Below, one piece after another: positions 33,380 through 43,583 of a DNA stretch of 64,000 nt. The DNA lies in contig DASXNK010000159.1 in assembly GCA_036495095.1 (NCBI GenBank), positions 10,515 to 74,514 on the forward strand, in the 5' to 3' direction. A program made the translations under genes and the position numbers. Below the pieces are notes generated by a model, which was not told where the DNA came from, did no database searches, and saw nothing but the letters and a program-made list of their open reading frames with translations. The DNA comes from Candidatus Dormiibacterota bacterium (GTDB lineage Bacteria; Chloroflexota; Dormibacteria; Aeolococcales; Aeolococcaceae). How positions within the stretch are numbered: position 1 is the stretch's first letter; each line of letters starts with the position of its first letter.

Positions 33380-35290
33380 TCAGGTCACCCCGACAAGATC
33401 CGTCAAGGCTGCGGCCAGCTCCGCCACGCCCTCCACCCGCCGGTACCGGCCGCCGCCGCGGCGGGCCAGCGCGGTGCCGGCGCGCACCGAGTCGTCGAGG
33501 CCGCTGGTACCGAGCACGTGCACCCGGTCGATGCCGGCGAGCGCCGCCAGCGGGTCGCCGCCGGCGGTGGGCAGGCAGTCGCTGAGCAGCACCGCGGCGC
33601 GCTCGTCGGCCGCGGCCCGGGCCAGCTGGCGGGCGGCGGTGCGGAGCGCCAGGGCGAGGTCGGTGCTGCCCCGGGCGCGCACCGAGAGCACGTCCTCGAC
33701 CACCCGGCCCGGCGGCCGCGCGCTCCCCGGGGGGCGCAGCACCAGGGCGTCGCGGTGGAAGGCGACGACGCAGCAGTCGACCCCGTCGCCGGCGGCGAGC
33801 ACCACCGCCGCCGCCGCGGTGGCCGCCATCGCCACCGCCTGGCCGCGCATCGAGCCGCTGTGGTCGAGGAGCAGGCAGAGCGCCCGCCGCGGCCCCGCCC
33901 AGCCGCGCAGCACCAGCTCGTCGGCGCTGCGCGGCAGCCCGCCGCCGGCGCGCTCCAGGGTGCGGTCGAGATCGAGATCGCCGTCCGGCCGGCCGGGGAG
34001 GGGCACGATCCGCCGCATCCCCCGGCGGGCGGGGCGGCCGGCCCGGCCGAGGCGGACGAAGACCCGCGCCGCCAGCCGGCGGGCCTGGCGGCGGAGCTCG
34101 ACGTCGGTGGCGGCGGCGAGGTCGCAGAGCAGCGCCGCGGCGCCGTCGGGGTCGCGGTCGAGCAGCCGCTCGAGCGCCGCCTCGTCGAGCCGGCCCACCC
34201 CGGGCGAGACCTCGGCGAACCCCGCGTGGGCGGTCTCCAGCTCGCGCCGGGCGAGGGTGCGGCGGCCGCTCTCGCGGAGCGCGGCGCGGGCGTCCCGGCC
34301 CTCGAGCACCCGGCCGTGGCTCGGCGCCTGCCCGGCCCCCCTGCCGCGGGGAGGAGGGGCTCCTGAGGGCTCCTCGTCGGCCTCGGCCTCGGCCTCGGCG
34401 GCGAGCAGGCGGTCGAGGATCTCGGTCACCACCTCCTCGGGGGTGCGGTCGACCCCCTCCTCGAGGCGGATCCGTCCGCTGAAGGCGGCGAGGGCGGCGT
34501 CGAGCAGGGTGTCGCGGCCGGCCCGCTCCTCGCCGCGCAGCCCGCAGAGGCCGCGGGCGATGTGGACCATGTCGATGGGCCCGCGCACCGAGGCGCCGGT
34601 GCGCACCTCGGGGTGGTCGCGGGTGGCGCGTCCCAGCGCCACGGCGAGGCGGACGAGCCGGCCGCGGTCGCCGGTGACCCGCTCGGTGATGGTCCGCTCC
34701 CCGGCCTCGTCCTGGTAGCCGATCGCGATCCGGCACATCCGGTCGTAGATCGCCTGGCCGATCCGCGCCGTGCCCACCGCGTCGAAGGGGTTCATGGCGG
34801 CGATCAGCCGGAAGCCGGGGTCGGCGCGCACCCGGCCCAGCCGGCTGACGTGGATCTCGCCCTCGGCGAGCGCGGTGATGAGCACGTTGAGGGTCTCCTC
34901 GGGGACCCGGTTCATCTCCTCGAGGTAGAGGAGCATGCCCTGCCGCATGGCGGTCAGCAGCGGCCCCTCGACGAAGCTCTCCGGCCGGTAGCCGGACTGG
35001 AGCACCGCCGCGGGGTCGTGGTAGCCGACCACCCGGGCGGGGGTGAGCTCGGCGTTGCCCTCGACGAAGACCACGCCCCGGCCGGTCTCCTCGGCGACCA
35101 CCCGGAGCAGGGTGGACTTGCCCGTCCCCGGCGGCCCCTCGAGCACAACGTGGCGCCCCGAGGTGAGCGCCACCGCGAGCACCTCGGCCTGGCGGCGCAG
35201 CCCGACGATGTCGGTCGCGATCCGCTCCAGCAGCCGGGGCGGCCCGGACCCGTCCGGCTCCGGCGCCGGCGCCGGCGCCGGATCGCTCAC
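33380..35290 (-). CDS. MoxR-like AAA+ ATPase fused to a von Willebrand factor A domain
   Basis: In-frame GTG 35290 overlaps the ADH stop (GTGA). HVVLEGPPGTGKSTL (Walker A), LLYLEEMNR (Walker B), C-terminal LLLDHSGSM...GSTDLALAL (VWA MIDAS). Confidence 0.85.
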   Translation of the reverse strand: MSDPAPAPAPEPDGSGPPRLLERIATDIVGLRRQAEVLAVALTSGRHVVLEGPPGTGKSTLLRVVAEETGRGVVFVEGNAELTPARVVGYHDPAAVLQSGYRPESFVEGPLLTAMRQGMLLYLEEMNRVPEETLNVLITALAEGEIHVSRLGRVRADPGFRLIAAMNPFDAVGTARIGQAIYDRMCRIAIGYQDEAGERTITERVTGDRGRLVRLAVALGRATRDHPEVRTGASVRGPIDMVHIARGLCGLRGEERAGRDTLLDAALAAFSGRIRLEEGVDRTPEEVVTEILDRLLAAEAEAEADEEPSGAPPPRGRGAGQAPSHGRVLEGRDARAALRESGRRTLARRELETAHAGFAEVSPGVGRLDEAALERLLDRDPDGAAALLCDLAAATDVELRRQARRLAARVFVRLGRAGRPARRGMRRIVPLPGRPDGDLDLDRTLERAGGGLPRSADELVLRGWAGPRRALCLLLDHSGSMRGQAVAMAATAAAAVVLAAGDGVDCCVVAFHRDALVLRPPGSARPPGRVVEDVLSVRARGSTDLALALRTAARQLARAAADERAAVLLSDCLPTAGGDPLAALAGIDRVHVLGTSGLDDSVRAGTALARRGGGRYRRVEGVAELAAALTDLVGVT

Positions 35291-36405
35291 GAGTCGTAGA
35301 CGATCACGCCGCGGATGTTCTTCCCGTCGCGCAGGTCCTGGTAGCCCTGGTTGATGTCGTCGAGCGAGTAGGTGGCGCTGCAGAGCTCGTCGAGCTTCAC
35401 CTGGCCGACCCGGTAGAGCTCGAGCATCTTCCTGATGTCGTACATCGGGTTGGACGACCCGAACATCGACCCCTGCACCGTCTTCTGGAAGAGGGTGAGC
35501 ATGGTGCCGGAGAGCTGGATGGTCTTCTCCGCGATCGGCCCCAGCCCGACGATGGTCACCGAGCCGCCCTTGCGGATCACGTTGAACGCCTGCTCGACCA
35601 CCACCGCGTCGACGACGCCGACGGTGACGATGGAGCGGTCGGCGAGCACCCCGTTGGTGAGCCGGGTGACCAGCTCCTGCGCCTCCTCGCCGGTGGCCAC
35701 GCTGTGGGTGGCGCCCAGCTCCTCGGCCTTCTCGCGCTTGTTGGGCAGCGGGTCGACGGCGACGATGTTGGCGGCGCCGGCGTGGCGCGCGCCCTGCACC
35801 GCGTTGATGCCGACACCGCCGATGCCGTAGATGACCACGGTGTCGCCGGGGCCGACCCGGGCGGCGTAGACGCTCGAGCCCCACCCGGTGGGCACCCCGC
35901 AGCCGACCAGCACGGCGCGGTCGAGGGGGAGGTCGTCGTCGACCTTCACCACCGAGTACTCGGAGACCACGCTCCGCTCGGAGAAGGTGCCGAGCATGCA
36001 CATCCCGCCGAGGTCCTGGCCCCTGGCGTGGAAGCGGAACTCGCCGCCGGGCAACGAGCCCTGGAGCAGGGTGGCGCCGAGGTCACAGAGGTTGGACTGG
36101 CCGGTCGAGCACCAGCGGCAGGTGCCGCAGACGGGGAGGAAGGAGCAGACGACGTGGTCGCCGGGCCTCACCTTCGTGACCGAGGCCCCGACCTCCTCGA
36201 CGATGCCCGCGCCCTCGTGACCGCCGACCATGGGCAGCCGGGCGGGCAGGTCGCCGGTGGTCAGGTGCTCGTCGGAGTGGCAGAGACCCGAGGCCACCCA
36301 GCGGATCCGCAGCTCGTGCTCGCCGGGCGGGTCGAGCTCGAGCTCCTCGAGCTCCCAGCGGGCGTCGGGCCCGGTCTCCCAGCAGACGGCGGCCTTCGTT
36401 TTCAT
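35287..36405 (-). CDS. zinc-type alcohol dehydrogenase, NDMA-dependent / mycofactocin-associated subtype
   Basis: GLCHSDEH, GHEGAGIVEEVG, CGTCRWCSTGQSNLC, VIYGIGGVGINAVQGA. Resembles the Rxyl_3153-type NDMA-dependent ADH family usually found next to mft genes (from memory). AAAGGAGAGG RBS. Confidence 0.9.
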   Translation of the reverse strand: MKTKAAVCWETGPDARWELEELELDPPGEHELRIRWVASGLCHSDEHLTTGDLPARLPMVGGHEGAGIVEEVGASVTKVRPGDHVVCSFLPVCGTCRWCSTGQSNLCDLGATLLQGSLPGGEFRFHARGQDLGGMCMLGTFSERSVVSEYSVVKVDDDLPLDRAVLVGCGVPTGWGSSVYAARVGPGDTVVIYGIGGVGINAVQGARHAGAANIVAVDPLPNKREKAEELGATHSVATGEEAQELVTRLTNGVLADRSIVTVGVVDAVVVEQAFNVIRKGGSVTIVGLGPIAEKTIQLSGTMLTLFQKTVQGSMFGSSNPMYDIRKMLELYRVGQVKLDELCSATYSLDDINQGYQDLRDGKNIRGVIVYDS

Positions 36406-36477
36406 CGCCTCTCCTTTTTCCTCGCGTTCCGCTCGCTCGACCCGGCTGTCACTCTACCGCCGCCGGTGAACCGCGGC

Positions 36478-36879
36478 TCACTCGTACCGGGTGCTGCCGA
36501 GGTCGATCCAGCCGCCCTCGTGCCGGCCGGTGGCATGGTGCGTGTAGTGGATCACGGGGTGGCCGGGATCGGGCTCGAACTGGCCGTGGAGCACCACCAC
36601 GCTGCCGCGGGCGACCGGCACCCGGGGAGCGAGGCCGAGGTTGTGGTCGATCTCGACGGAGGTGCCGTCGACGGTCATCGCGAAGCGCTGGTGGACGCCG
36701 TCGCCGCGGTCGGGCGAGTCGGCGAGCAGGCCGGTGACGGCCCCCCGGACGGTGACCTCGGCGGGGCGCGCGTCCGCCAGGGCGCTGTCGAAGGCGTGGT
36801 TGTCGACGGCGTCGCCGCCGCAGCCGGCGAGCGCCAGCGCCAGCAGCAATGACGACCGGGTGACAGAGCGTTTGCCCAA
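36478..36879 (-). CDS. DUF3465-like lipoprotein
   Basis: In-frame TTG 36879 gives MGKRSVTRSSLLLALALAGCGG (lipobox). HQRFAMTVDGTSVEIDHNLGLAPRVP...VIHYTHHATGRHEGGWI matches my memory of DUF3465. Confidence 0.7.
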   Translation of the reverse strand: MGKRSVTRSSLLLALALAGCGGDAVDNHAFDSALADARPAEVTVRGAVTGLLADSPDRGDGVHQRFAMTVDGTSVEIDHNLGLAPRVPVARGSVVVLHGQFEPDPGHPVIHYTHHATGRHEGGWIDLGSTRYE

Positions 36880-36966
36880 CCCGGGTCCGTGCCATGATCG
36901 GATCACCGGCGGTGCGGGAGCTCCACGCGACTGCGATCGGCCTGGCCCCGGTGCTGGGGAGCCGTC

Positions 36967-37779
36967 ATGGCCATCCTCATGTGCCGCCCCGACCACTACG
37001 GGGTCGAGTACGAGATCAATCCGTGGATGCACGTCACCACCGAGGTCGACGGCGGCATCGCGCTCGCCCAGTGGGGAGCGCTGCACAATGCCTACCAGCT
37101 GCTCGGCGAGCGGGTCGAGCTGGTCGACCAGCAGCCCGGGCTGCCCGACATGGTCTTCACCGCCAACGCGGCGGTGGTGCGCGGCCGCGACGCCGTGCTG
37201 AGCCGCTTCCGCCACCCCGAGCGCCAGGGCGAGGAGCCGTTCTGGCGGCGCGCCCTCGAGGATCTCGGGATCACCGTCCACCGCGTGCCCGACGAGGTGT
37301 CCTTCGAGGGGGCTGGCGACGCCCTGTTCGTCGGCGAGCGGCTCTTCTGCGGCCACGGCTTCCGCACCGAGATCGCGTCCCACGCGCTGGTGTCCGGGCT
37401 GCTCGACGTCGAGGTGGTGTCGCTGCGCCTCGTCGACCCGCGCTTCTATCACCTCGACACCTGCTTCTGCCCGCTCAACGACCGAACCGTCCTGTTCGCT
37501 CCGGCCGCGTTCGACACCGCCTCGCAGCAGCTGGTGCGCCGGCTGGTGCCCCACGTCATCGAGGTGCCCGTGGAGGTGGCCACCGGCTTCGCCTGCAACG
37601 CCATCAGCATCGGCGACCGGGTGATCTCCTCGCTCGCCGCCGAGCGGCTCGAGGCGCCGCTCCACGACGCCGGGTTCGACACCCTCGCACTGCCAATGTC
37701 GGAGTTCCTGAAGTCGGGCGGCGGGGTCCGCTGCCTCTCGCTTCCCCTGGACCTCACCGGGCTCGACCGGGCGGCCTGA
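36967..37779 (+). CDS. amidinotransferase-fold enzyme (dimethylarginine dimethylaminohydrolase / arginine deiminase-type)
   Basis: MCRPDHYGVEYEINPWM..., FYHLDTCFCPL, catalytic C-terminal KSGGGVRCLSL. Confidence 0.85.
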   Translation: MAILMCRPDHYGVEYEINPWMHVTTEVDGGIALAQWGALHNAYQLLGERVELVDQQPGLPDMVFTANAAVVRGRDAVLSRFRHPERQGEEPFWRRALEDLGITVHRVPDEVSFEGAGDALFVGERLFCGHGFRTEIASHALVSGLLDVEVVSLRLVDPRFYHLDTCFCPLNDRTVLFAPAAFDTASQQLVRRLVPHVIEVPVEVATGFACNAISIGDRVISSLAAERLEAPLHDAGFDTLALPMSEFLKSGGGVRCLSLPLDLTGLDRAA

Positions 37780-37789
37780 TCGGCCGGGT

Positions 37790-38122
37790 TCAGCCGCCGG
37801 GGCGTCGCCGCCGGGGCCGCGCCGCCACCGGCGGCGGCTCGGCCGACTCGGCGTCCGCCGCCGAGCCCATCCGCTGGATCACCTCCGCGGTGGTCACCGT
37901 GGCCTCGCGCATCACCGCCGAGACCATGTCACCGATGGCCCGGAGCTGCCGGCCCACCGCCGCGGTGCGCTCCTGCAGCGCCAGCAGCTGGGCCATCAGC
38001 TCGGGATCGGTCTCCGGCGCATTGCGCCGGCCGGCGCCGTTCTCGGGGCGCGCCTTGGTCCGCGCCGCCTTGGGAGGCTTGCGCGTCGTCGATCCGGCCT
38101 TGGAGGCCTTCTTCTTTCCCAT
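37790..38122 (-). CDS. hypothetical basic protein (110 aa)
   Basis: In-frame ATG 38122 (MGKKKASKAGSTTRKPPKAARTKARPE...), followed by a helical segment. G/C-rich third positions. No family assigned. Confidence 0.5.
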   Translation of the reverse strand: MGKKKASKAGSTTRKPPKAARTKARPENGAGRRNAPETDPELMAQLLALQERTAAVGRQLRAIGDMVSAVMREATVTTAEVIQRMGSAADAESAEPPPVAARPRRRRPGG

Positions 38123-38157
38123 GTCCCGAGACAGTATCCCCTGGGCGGTATTCCCTG

Positions 38158-38949
38158 TCACTCCTGGCGCATCAGCGACGTGATCACGCTCCGGTAGCGG
38201 AGGGTGTCGGAGTAGAGGCCGTGACGCGCGATGCTGGCGTCGCCCTGGTAGTAGGCGGCGAGCGCGGCCTGGGCGTCCCCGCCGTGGATGCCGAGGAGGT
38301 GGCGGAGCAGCATGCAGCCGGCGATCACGTTGTCCTCGGCGACGTTGAGGTCGAGGGGCCGGGGGGAGAGGTAGCGGGAGATCCAGTCGCCGGTGTACGG
38401 CTCCACCTGCATGATCCCGATCGCGCCGGTGGGGGAGACCGCGTTCTGCTGCCAGCCGCTCTCCATCCAGGCCACCGCGCGCACCAGCTTCGGGTCGACG
38501 CCCTGCTGGCCGCCGATCCGGGTGAGGAGCGCGTTCATCCGCCCCAGCCGGCCGGGGATCTTCAGGGTGGTGCCGTAGCGCAGCGGGGCCTGGATGCCCA
38601 CCCCGTTGGTGCGCGCGAGGGTGACGAGGTCGACGCCGTACCGCCGGGCGATGGCGGCGAGGTGGTCGCCCCGCTGGACGGTGTAGGGCTCGACGTCCGG
38701 CGTCCCCGCGGTGTAGCCGGGCAGCCCCGCCGCGGTGTCGGGGATGGACAGCAGCTGCCCGATCCGGATCCGGTCGGGGTCGCTGATGTGGTTGGCGGCG
38801 GCGAGCGCAGAGACCGTGGTGCCGTGCTGGGCGGCGATCGCCGACAGCGTGTCCCCGGGCCGGACGATGTAGCCGGCGGCGGCGACGGTGGGGGCCGCGG
38901 CCGCGGTGGCGCCGAGCGCGGCGGCGGCGAGACGGGAACGCGAACTCAT
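38158..38949 (-). CDS. secreted lytic transglycosylase with two LysM domains
   Basis: Signal peptide. YIVRPGDTLSAIAAQHG and YTVQRGDHLAAIARRYG (LysM x2). AVAWMESGWQQNAVSPTGAIGIMQV (SLT catalytic Glu motif). Confidence 0.85.
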   Translation of the reverse strand: MSSRSRLAAAALGATAAAAPTVAAAGYIVRPGDTLSAIAAQHGTTVSALAAANHISDPDRIRIGQLLSIPDTAAGLPGYTAGTPDVEPYTVQRGDHLAAIARRYGVDLVTLARTNGVGIQAPLRYGTTLKIPGRLGRMNALLTRIGGQQGVDPKLVRAVAWMESGWQQNAVSPTGAIGIMQVEPYTGDWISRYLSPRPLDLNVAEDNVIAGCMLLRHLLGIHGGDAQAALAAYYQGDASIARHGLYSDTLRYRSVITSLMRQE

Positions 38950-39115
38950 GCGGGGCTCCTGGCGTGGGCGTGGGGTGGAACGATGGAACCGCACCGCCGA
39001 ACGGGTGGACTCGCAGGGTAGGGACGCCGCCCGAGCGCGTCAAGGACCGCGGCTGCGGTTGTTGCCAGAACGCGACGGTTCCCCGGCGCCGGGCACCCGA
39101 TGGTACGCTCGCCGG

Positions 39116-39466
39116 GTGACCACCCCGCCCCGGCGTGTCAGCGTCCCGGCCGGCCTCCTCGCGGGGCTCTGCGGGGCCGTCCTCGGGCTGCTGACCTTCG
39201 CCACCGCGGCCGCCCTCTGGCGCGCCGGGCACAGCCAGGCGGCGGCAACCCTCGCCGAGACCATGTTCGTCACCGCGCTCGCCTCGGTGGCCGCGGTCGC
39301 CCTGCTCGCCCAGCCCGCCCGCCAGCGGCGCGCCCGGGTCCCGGTGGGACGTCCCCTGCCGCGCACCTGGTGGCCGCCGGCCGACGACCCCCTGCCCGCG
39401 CTTGCCGTGTGCCTGGGAGCGCCCGTCGCCATGGGCGCGATCGCCGCGGCGCTGCTGTTCCGCTGA
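39116..39466 (+). CDS. hypothetical membrane protein (116 aa)
   Basis: In-frame GTG 39116. Three hydrophobic helices and strong G/C third-position bias. No family assigned. Confidence 0.5.
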   Translation: MTTPPRRVSVPAGLLAGLCGAVLGLLTFATAAALWRAGHSQAAATLAETMFVTALASVAAVALLAQPARQRRARVPVGRPLPRTWWPPADDPLPALAVCLGAPVAMGAIAAALLFR

Positions 39467-39560
39467 GGCCCGGCCGCCGGGCGCACGTTTTCTCCGCGGC
39501 GCGAGTTATCTGCCATACGGGCCAACGCGTTTCCCGCACCGCGCCGACTCCTCGGACATC

Positions 39561-40226
39561 GTGAACAATCGATCCCGCACCCGCTCCACCCCTCCCGTCG
39601 ATGCCGTCATCTGGGACTACGACGGCACGCTCGTCGACACCCGCGGCGCCGACGAGGCGGCGGTCTCCGAGCTGGTCGCCCACGATCCCGGCGCCGCCGC
39701 CGGGGCCGAGCTCTTCTGGGCCGCCGAGGGGCGTCCGATCCTGGAGCGGCTGGAGCTGGCCTGGCCGGGACGGGCCGACGAGGTCCTGCCCCTCTTCGAC
39801 CGGCGGGTCACGCCGGTCACGTTCCGAGGCATCCCCCGGGTGCTCGGCGCCCTGAGCCGGCGCCGGCTCCACCTCGCCGTGGTCTCCTCCCGCCGCCTCG
39901 AGCCGCTGGAGTGGGGGCTTGCGGCCTGCGGGCTGCGCGGTCATTTCGAGACCGTGGTCGGCCTCGACTGCGTCAGCCGCCCCAAGCCCGACCCGGAGGG
40001 GCTGCTGCTCGCCTGCAGCCGGCTCGGGGTGCGCCCCACCCGGGCGGTCTACATCGGCGACCGCGACGTCGACGTCGACGCCGGCCGCCATTGCGGGATG
40101 ACCGTCTGGCGGGCCACCTGGGCGCTGCCCCCGGCCGAGGGCGCCACCTCCCCCAATCCCCGCGAGCTCGCCGCGCCGTCCGAGGTGCTGCACCGTCTCC
40201 ACGGGGGGATGGCGGAGACCGGCTAG
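39561..40226 (+). CDS. HAD-superfamily hydrolase (phosphoglycolate-phosphatase-like)
   Basis: In-frame GTG 39561. VIWDYDGTLVDT (DxDGT), VVSS, KPDPEGLL, YIGDRDVDVDAG. Confidence 0.8.
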   Translation: MNNRSRTRSTPPVDAVIWDYDGTLVDTRGADEAAVSELVAHDPGAAAGAELFWAAEGRPILERLELAWPGRADEVLPLFDRRVTPVTFRGIPRVLGALSRRRLHLAVVSSRRLEPLEWGLAACGLRGHFETVVGLDCVSRPKPDPEGLLLACSRLGVRPTRAVYIGDRDVDVDAGRHCGMTVWRATWALPPAEGATSPNPRELAAPSEVLHRLHGGMAETG

Positions 40227-40990
40227 GCTCTCGGTCCACCGCGGATGAGCCGCCGCACCGCGTCCACGGCGACCTCCACCAGGGCGTCGATGGGGAGGCG
40301 GGTGGGGTCGGGCATGGCGTCGACGGTGGGGGCGGCGTTGACCACGGCGAGGGCGGCGCCGGCGCGGACGCGGCGCACCGCGGCGACGGTGAGGAGGGCG
40401 GCGCACTCCATCTCGGAGGCGAGCACGCCGGCGCGCACCCACGCCTCCCACCGGGCCCGCAGCTCGGCGGCGATCGGCATCCGGTCGGGCTCCATCTCGC
40501 CGTAGAACGAGTCCTTCGACTGCACCGTGCCGGTGTGGTGGCGCACCCCGGCGGCGGTGGCGGCGGCGCGCAGCGCGTCCACGATGTCGAGGTGGGCGAC
40601 CGCCGGCCAGGCCAGCGGGATGTACTGCAGGCTGGTGCCCTCGTCGCGCACCGCCGCCTGGGCGACGATGACGTCGCCGAGGCGCAGCCCCGGCTGCATC
40701 GCGCCGCAGGAGCCGACCCGGATCAGGGTGTGGGCGCCGAGGTTGCACAGCTCCTCGACCGCGATCGCCGTCGAGGGGCCGCCGATCCCGGTCGAGGTGA
40801 CGCTCACCGCCTCCCCCTCGAGGGTGCCGGTCCAGGTGGTGTACTCGCGGTTGGCGGCCACCAGCGCGGCGCCGTCGAGATGGGCGGCGATGCGCTCGCA
40901 GCGGCCCGGGTCGCCGGGGAGGAGCACGTGGCCGCCGACGTCGCCGGGGCCGCAGGCGAGGTGGTACTGGCGGCCGGCGGGGTCGCTCAC
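40223..40990 (-). CDS. nucleoside phosphorylase of the PNP/UDP-1 family (uridine-phosphorylase-like)
   Basis: VLLPGDPGRCERIA, VTSTGIGGPSTAIAVEEL, IRVGSCGA, ASEMECAAL. Confidence 0.85.
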   Translation of the reverse strand: MSDPAGRQYHLACGPGDVGGHVLLPGDPGRCERIAAHLDGAALVAANREYTTWTGTLEGEAVSVTSTGIGGPSTAIAVEELCNLGAHTLIRVGSCGAMQPGLRLGDVIVAQAAVRDEGTSLQYIPLAWPAVAHLDIVDALRAAATAAGVRHHTGTVQSKDSFYGEMEPDRMPIAAELRARWEAWVRAGVLASEMECAALLTVAAVRRVRAGAALAVVNAAPTVDAMPDPTRLPIDALVEVAVDAVRRLIRGGPRA

Positions 40991-41667
40991 CGGGGCGCCT
41001 CGCCGCCGAGCACCAGGGGCACGAGGCGGCGCATGTCGGGGGTGTCGATGATCACGTCGGCGGCCGCGGCGGTCTCCGCGTTCACCGGGCAGAAGGCGAC
41101 GCCGAGGCCGGCGGCGCGGAACATGTCGATGTCGCCGGGGCTGTCGCCCACCGCCACCACCTCGGCGGGGTCGAGGTCCAGCGCCGCCACCGTCTCGGCG
41201 AAGACCGGGGCCTTGCCGCCGGGGGGCACGGTGATCTCCGCCTCGCCGGTGAAGAGCCCGTCGAGGACGTGGATGGTGTTGGCCCGGTGCAGCTCCATGC
41301 TGAGGTCGGCGGCAACCCGCTCGGCGAGGGCGGTGATGCCGGCGGAGACGATCGCCAGCCGCACCCCGGCGGCCCGGAGCGCCTCGCAGGCGGCGGCCAC
41401 CCCGTCGTGGTACTCGACCTCGGCGACCACCTCGTCGAGCAGCGCCGAGGCCTCGCCGCGGAGGTCGGCGACCTGCTCGACCAGGAAGCCCTGGCGGTCG
41501 AGCGCGCCCTCGCGGTAGCGGGCCCAGCGGTCGCGCTGGCGCCGGGCGTGGCCGGGGCCGAGCTTGCGCTGCACCGCCGCCCAGGAGTTGGCCTCGCGGG
41601 TGAGGGTGCCGTCGAGGTCGAAGACCACGGCCCGATAGCCGCCCGGTCGCGGGGTGCGCCGCTCCAC
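40987..41667 (-). CDS. HAD-IB family phosphatase (phosphoserine-phosphatase-like)
   Basis: In-frame GTG 41667. AVVFDLDGTLT, LAIVSAG, AVGDSPGDIDMFRAAGLGVAF. Confidence 0.8.
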   Translation of the reverse strand: MERRTPRPGGYRAVVFDLDGTLTREANSWAAVQRKLGPGHARRQRDRWARYREGALDRQGFLVEQVADLRGEASALLDEVVAEVEYHDGVAAACEALRAAGVRLAIVSAGITALAERVAADLSMELHRANTIHVLDGLFTGEAEITVPPGGKAPVFAETVAALDLDPAEVVAVGDSPGDIDMFRAAGLGVAFCPVNAETAAAADVIIDTPDMRRLVPLVLGGEAPR

Positions 41668-41669
41668 AG

Positions 41670-42496
<827 letters not shown>

Positions 42497-42500
<4 letters not shown>

Positions 42501-43567
42501 CGGTCCTCGAATGCGAAGCGCCGCAGGGTGTCGAAGGCGCGCACCAGGCTGGCGACCTCGACCCGCTCGTCGGCGCGGTGGGCGTGGGCGGTCGAGCCGG
42601 GACCGTAGTTCACCGCCGCGATGCCCTGCTCGGCGAACTCCGCCACCGGCGTCCACGCCTGCTTGGGTTGCACCGCCAGATCACCGGCGTCGCGCAGCCG
42701 GGTGCAGAGCTCGTGGTCGGCGACCACCGGCGCCGGCCCGGAGTTGGAGAGCACCCGCAGCTCGCCGTCGGTCACCAGCTCGCGGATCCGCGCCTCCGCC
42801 TCTGCGGGGGTGCGGTCGGGGGCGTAGCGGAAGTTGATCCGGCAGGTGGCCAGATCCGGGATGACGTTGTCGGCGATGCCCGCGGAGATCCGCACCACCG
42901 ACAGCACCTCGCGGTACTCCAGCCCCTGGATCACCACCGGCCGCGGCTCCAGCGCGGCGACGGCGGCGAGGCCCCGCACCGCGGCGTGCACCGCGTTCAC
43001 CCCGAGCCAGGGCCGGGCGGAGTGGGCGCTGCGTCCCTCGAAGCGGACCTCGGCGGTGAGGTTGCCGAGGCAGCCCACCTGCAGGGTGTTGTCGGTGGGC
43101 TCCATGACCACCGCGAGCTCGGTCTCGCCGAGCACCGGCAGCCGCGCCAGCAGCGGGCGCAGCGCGCTCTGGGCGGAGGGCAGCTCCTCCCGGCCGAAGA
43201 GCAGGAACCCGAGGTCGACGGCCCGCTCCGGGCGGGTGCGGTCGGCCCAGAGGGCGAGCTCGATGATCACCGCGCAGGCGCCCTTCATGTCCGAGGTGCC
43301 GAGGCCGACGACGGCGCCGTCCTCGTGACGCCCGGGGCGGTTGCCCTGGGCCGGGACGGTGTCGAGGTGGCCGGCGAGCACCACCAGCGGGCGCCCGCTG
43401 CGCGGCGGCACCAGCAGCAGCCCGTCGCCGTCGGCGTGCACCTCGCCCTCGACCCCGCCGAGGACGGCGGCGACGTGCTCGAGGATGCGCGCCTCGTCGC
43501 CGCTCTCGGAGGCGATGTCGACCAGCTCCAGGGTGCGCTCGGCGAGCCGCCGGTCGAGACCGTCCAT
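42497..43567 (-). CDS. dapE: succinyl-diaminopimelate desuccinylase
   Basis: In-frame ATG 43567. LAGHLDTVP, GTSDMKG, GREE, ...M20 peptidase pattern. Adjacent to dapD. Confidence 0.9.
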
Positions 43568-43583
43568 GCCGGGATTGTGCCAG

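Noticed and set aside
38950-39115. c-di-AMP (ydaO-type) riboswitch upstream of the LysM/SLT cell-wall hydrolase, as is common in Actinobacteria
   Set aside because: Only a CCGGGGAACC string resembles the motif. The conserved GGGGUGAAUC, ACCCGAAUCC and ACCUCGUAAGCG elements are missing.
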